Of a stretch of DNA of 64,000 nucleotides, positions 61,601 to 64,000 are shown piece after piece. The stretch is taken from positions 45,074,001-45,138,000 of the forward strand of contig CM060731.1 of the NCBI GenBank assembly GCA_030704615.1, given 5' to 3'. The notes under the pieces were generated by a model that saw only the letters and a list, made by a program, of their open reading frames with translations, ran no database searches and was not told where the DNA came from. Position numbers and translations under genes: made by a program. Position 1 is the stretch's first letter. Every line of letters begins with the position of its first letter. This DNA is from Takakia lepidozioides. Taxonomy: Eukaryota > Plantae > Bryophyta.

Positions 61601-63885
61601 CCCTGTGTCAAGGTGCTCCCAGACTCTTTGGGTACATCCATTGGTCTGGATCAAGTCCCACACGTACATACATTGAGAGTGTAATTTGTGTAAACAGAGT
61701 GTTAAGCCTGTGAAACAAAAAGACTTACACAGATAGTTCCCACATGTACAGATAATACATAATGGAAATCAAACAATTATCCACAGCCCAGGGCCATAAC
61801 AGTGCCCCCAGCCATCAAGTGACTAGAAAAATTCCATGCAGCATGATGAGCTCTGCTGTAGTATGTTTGCATGCAACAGCTTTTGGAGGAGAGCACAATA
61901 CAGAGAAAGAGAGAACCTGCATATTATCCGTGTTTCACCTGGAAGAGCCACTGGCATTAGTGAATGGGAGTATGTTGGTAAAGCCTGAGGAACTCTAGTT
62001 GTCTGCAAGATATTGTACTGAAACGCTATGCAGCATAACTCTAGCCTCACTCTACCCTTTTTCTGCTCAAAACCCCAGTGACTACACATGGCAAGCGAAA
62101 CCTCAATGAGGTCCGTGTGCAGTCCACAACTCCCCCCTATACAACTCTAATACTTTCCCTTATTTCTTGCATGCATCGACTATGATAGAGAGCAACAAAA
62201 ACAGAGCATCAAGAGCAACATCACTGATTATATCCATAAAAGGGTGCAGATATGGACTCAACAGAGCAAGGTTGACAGGCCAAGTACCTGGTCCATCAGC
62301 AAGACCCCCACAAATAAAGCACTCCACAGTAACATAGAGTTGGGTGTCACTTTGTAACCCTGGAAATCCCTTCAGAAGCGTAAGTCTGATCGGACCTCTC
62401 TCTTTGTCGTTAACCTTCCATGCAATGTCACGTGTTTTCATGCTCCAGAGAATGCGAAATACTGCAAAGATTTATTGATCCAGATTACAGATATGCAGAC
62501 TTCGTATATAATGAAAATGAAACTGTATCCTCTCTAGGGTGCTAACTGCAATTTACAGAGGGCCTCACAGTTTCCCTGCATCCACTCCACGGCGACAAAC
62601 AGATCAACCAAGGCCCAACAACTCGTACGATATCAGGGAACTCAAGATTCGAGTGCTTGAGAGGTATAAGGGTGCTCAATCTAGTGGTATTTTAGGGGGG
62701 TGTTATGTATTGCCATTGGTTCTCCATTTAAGATCACAGTAGTTCCTTCCCATGTGTGCTCATGTGTGGGCACCTGATGTGCCTGATGTATTCCTTTCCC
62801 TTTAGCCACTTAGATATTTCAATTCTGAGTTGCGAAAGTCCAAAACGGGGCGCAACGCACAACACCAAGAAATGCTACAGCTCAGAGCTTTTGACCCCTT
62901 TGTAGTCTTGTTGTATGTTGATCTAAATCTACACTATGCCTTACTGTGGTTAGTTAGTAACTCTAATCTTTCCAGTCCCTGTTGTTTGTGAGATAACAAA
63001 GCCACATCTGAAATGATGGTGAAGTAATTACATAACAACTATTTTGTTCCTACATATTCCTGGTGACCCACTAATTCCACTTCTCACCATCATTACAATC
63101 CCCAAAACCATGTCCTTTAGCTCTATCATGGTGAGAATGCCTAACGAGTGGACTTCTTCTCTCTTACCAGCATCAGTTATGGCCAGCTCTTCCTTGTTGT
63201 GGGGCTGGGTTATACAAATAGTGGGATTTTCCTCCTCAAATGTAGCTCCTTCATCATACCGCTCGTGTGAATCTTTGACCCATTTTCGGTATTCTTGACA
63301 CAATTGCTCCGGTGTCAAGGTCATGCCGTTCCGTTGTATCACTACATGTACAGGCATATCTGCAACAATTGCTCATGTTTGATTGAGCGCACATCATCTT
63401 ATTAACAAAACTGCATTAGCCTACACAGAAGCTCAACGACTTTATTTTCCTAGCACTTCTTCTGCCTAGCCTTCTTACATGATTATCTTTACTGAAAGGT
63501 GTACTTAAATTATGTTAGCATTCCAAAACAACTTGTATCACTCACAGACTTCTGCATAATTGTACAAAGGTTGGGTATGGCCTCTGTACATATTCTTCTA
63601 CCTACTTCCACACATCCTACATTCATGTCTTTCGAATCCACATTATAAAAGCAGAAAGAGATGCATAATAGTAGAGAGGATAATATTCCAAATTGACCCT
63701 CATGATCTTGTGAATGAAGCTACATCCTAGGGGCTTTACAGGCCAATTGGATTCCACTGCTGAGACAAGTAGGTGACTGGAGAGGGAAAATAGCACCTAC
63801 TTTTCTTGTCTGATTTTGATGAACCTTGTGGGAGCCCAAGAGACATCAAGGCTTCAGTGAAGGCATGCTTTGATAACAAATCTGT
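52667..63885 (-). CDS. GMI1: GMI1/SMCHD1-like SMC-hinge protein, multi-exon, 5' part outside the window; last exon uncertain
   Basis: DMS3/GMI1-type hinge exons: DVVGIVALLAGVETDHLNR (~54188), DYLGVERMLMIVCRS (~53940) and GFLGYAVNL...GLRQSLYFQLFSLLQVYDTRENM...GAVSLDG (53163-53503). A long upstream region (DEFGN motifs; QLCQEYRKWVKDSHERYDE at ~63260) favours GMI1 over the short DMS3. Confidence 0.8.
55028..58720 (-). mobile_element. Cluster of short retroposon 3' ends with (ATTTC)n tails in GMI1 introns
   Basis: The + strand motif (GAAAT)2-3-GGTGCTTTATAACGTCC or variants recurs at ~55028, 55105, 57528, 57682, 58035 and 58525. Shared internal segments occur at ~55216, 57645 and 58431. Confidence 0.65.
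59822..59857 (-). mobile_element. 36-nt micro-copy of the RTE/RTEX-like LINE 3' end
   Basis: Exact match to 40918-40953, flanked by CAGAA at 59816-59820 and 59857-59861. Confidence 0.85.
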
Positions 63886-64000
63886 CTGCAATGAACAAAA
63901 CACTCTTCAAACACTACCCAATGTAGCGGGGACATTGCCCCTCAAATAGCATCATTAGAGCATCCACCTTTGTGATGACAGTACAGTGCTAAGAATGAAA

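Overview
This is nuclear DNA from a land plant, probably a non-seed lineage (inferred from spliceosomal introns, plant-type genes and the transposon spectrum). It holds three host genes: chloroplast translation factor cpLEPA/GUF1 (+, 9015-11235), an 18-exon APC7 that I reconstructed in full (-, 38522-51146, 560 aa), and the 3' part of a GMI1/SMCHD1-like SMC-hinge gene (-, ~52667 to the window end). Most of the rest is transposable-element DNA: a decayed CACTA transposase beside a hidden multi-exon PHD-finger-like pseudogene, a 3'-truncated Copia element, an apparently full-length but disrupted L1/Tx1 LINE, a 6.5-kb head-to-tail Helitron array with a 3'-terminus-derived satellite, and MULE/SWIM remnants. 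The most notable signal is a recently active RTE/RTEX-like LINE family. It has no poly(A) or repeat tail and ends 6 nt after its stop codon. It occurs five times in or next to host genes, each time with its main body co-oriented with the host. One copy, in APC7 intron 12, has an intact ~1200-aa ORF and sits just behind a GC-type splice donor. A second retroposon family with an (ATTTC)n tail shows the same sense-strand intron clustering in GMI1.
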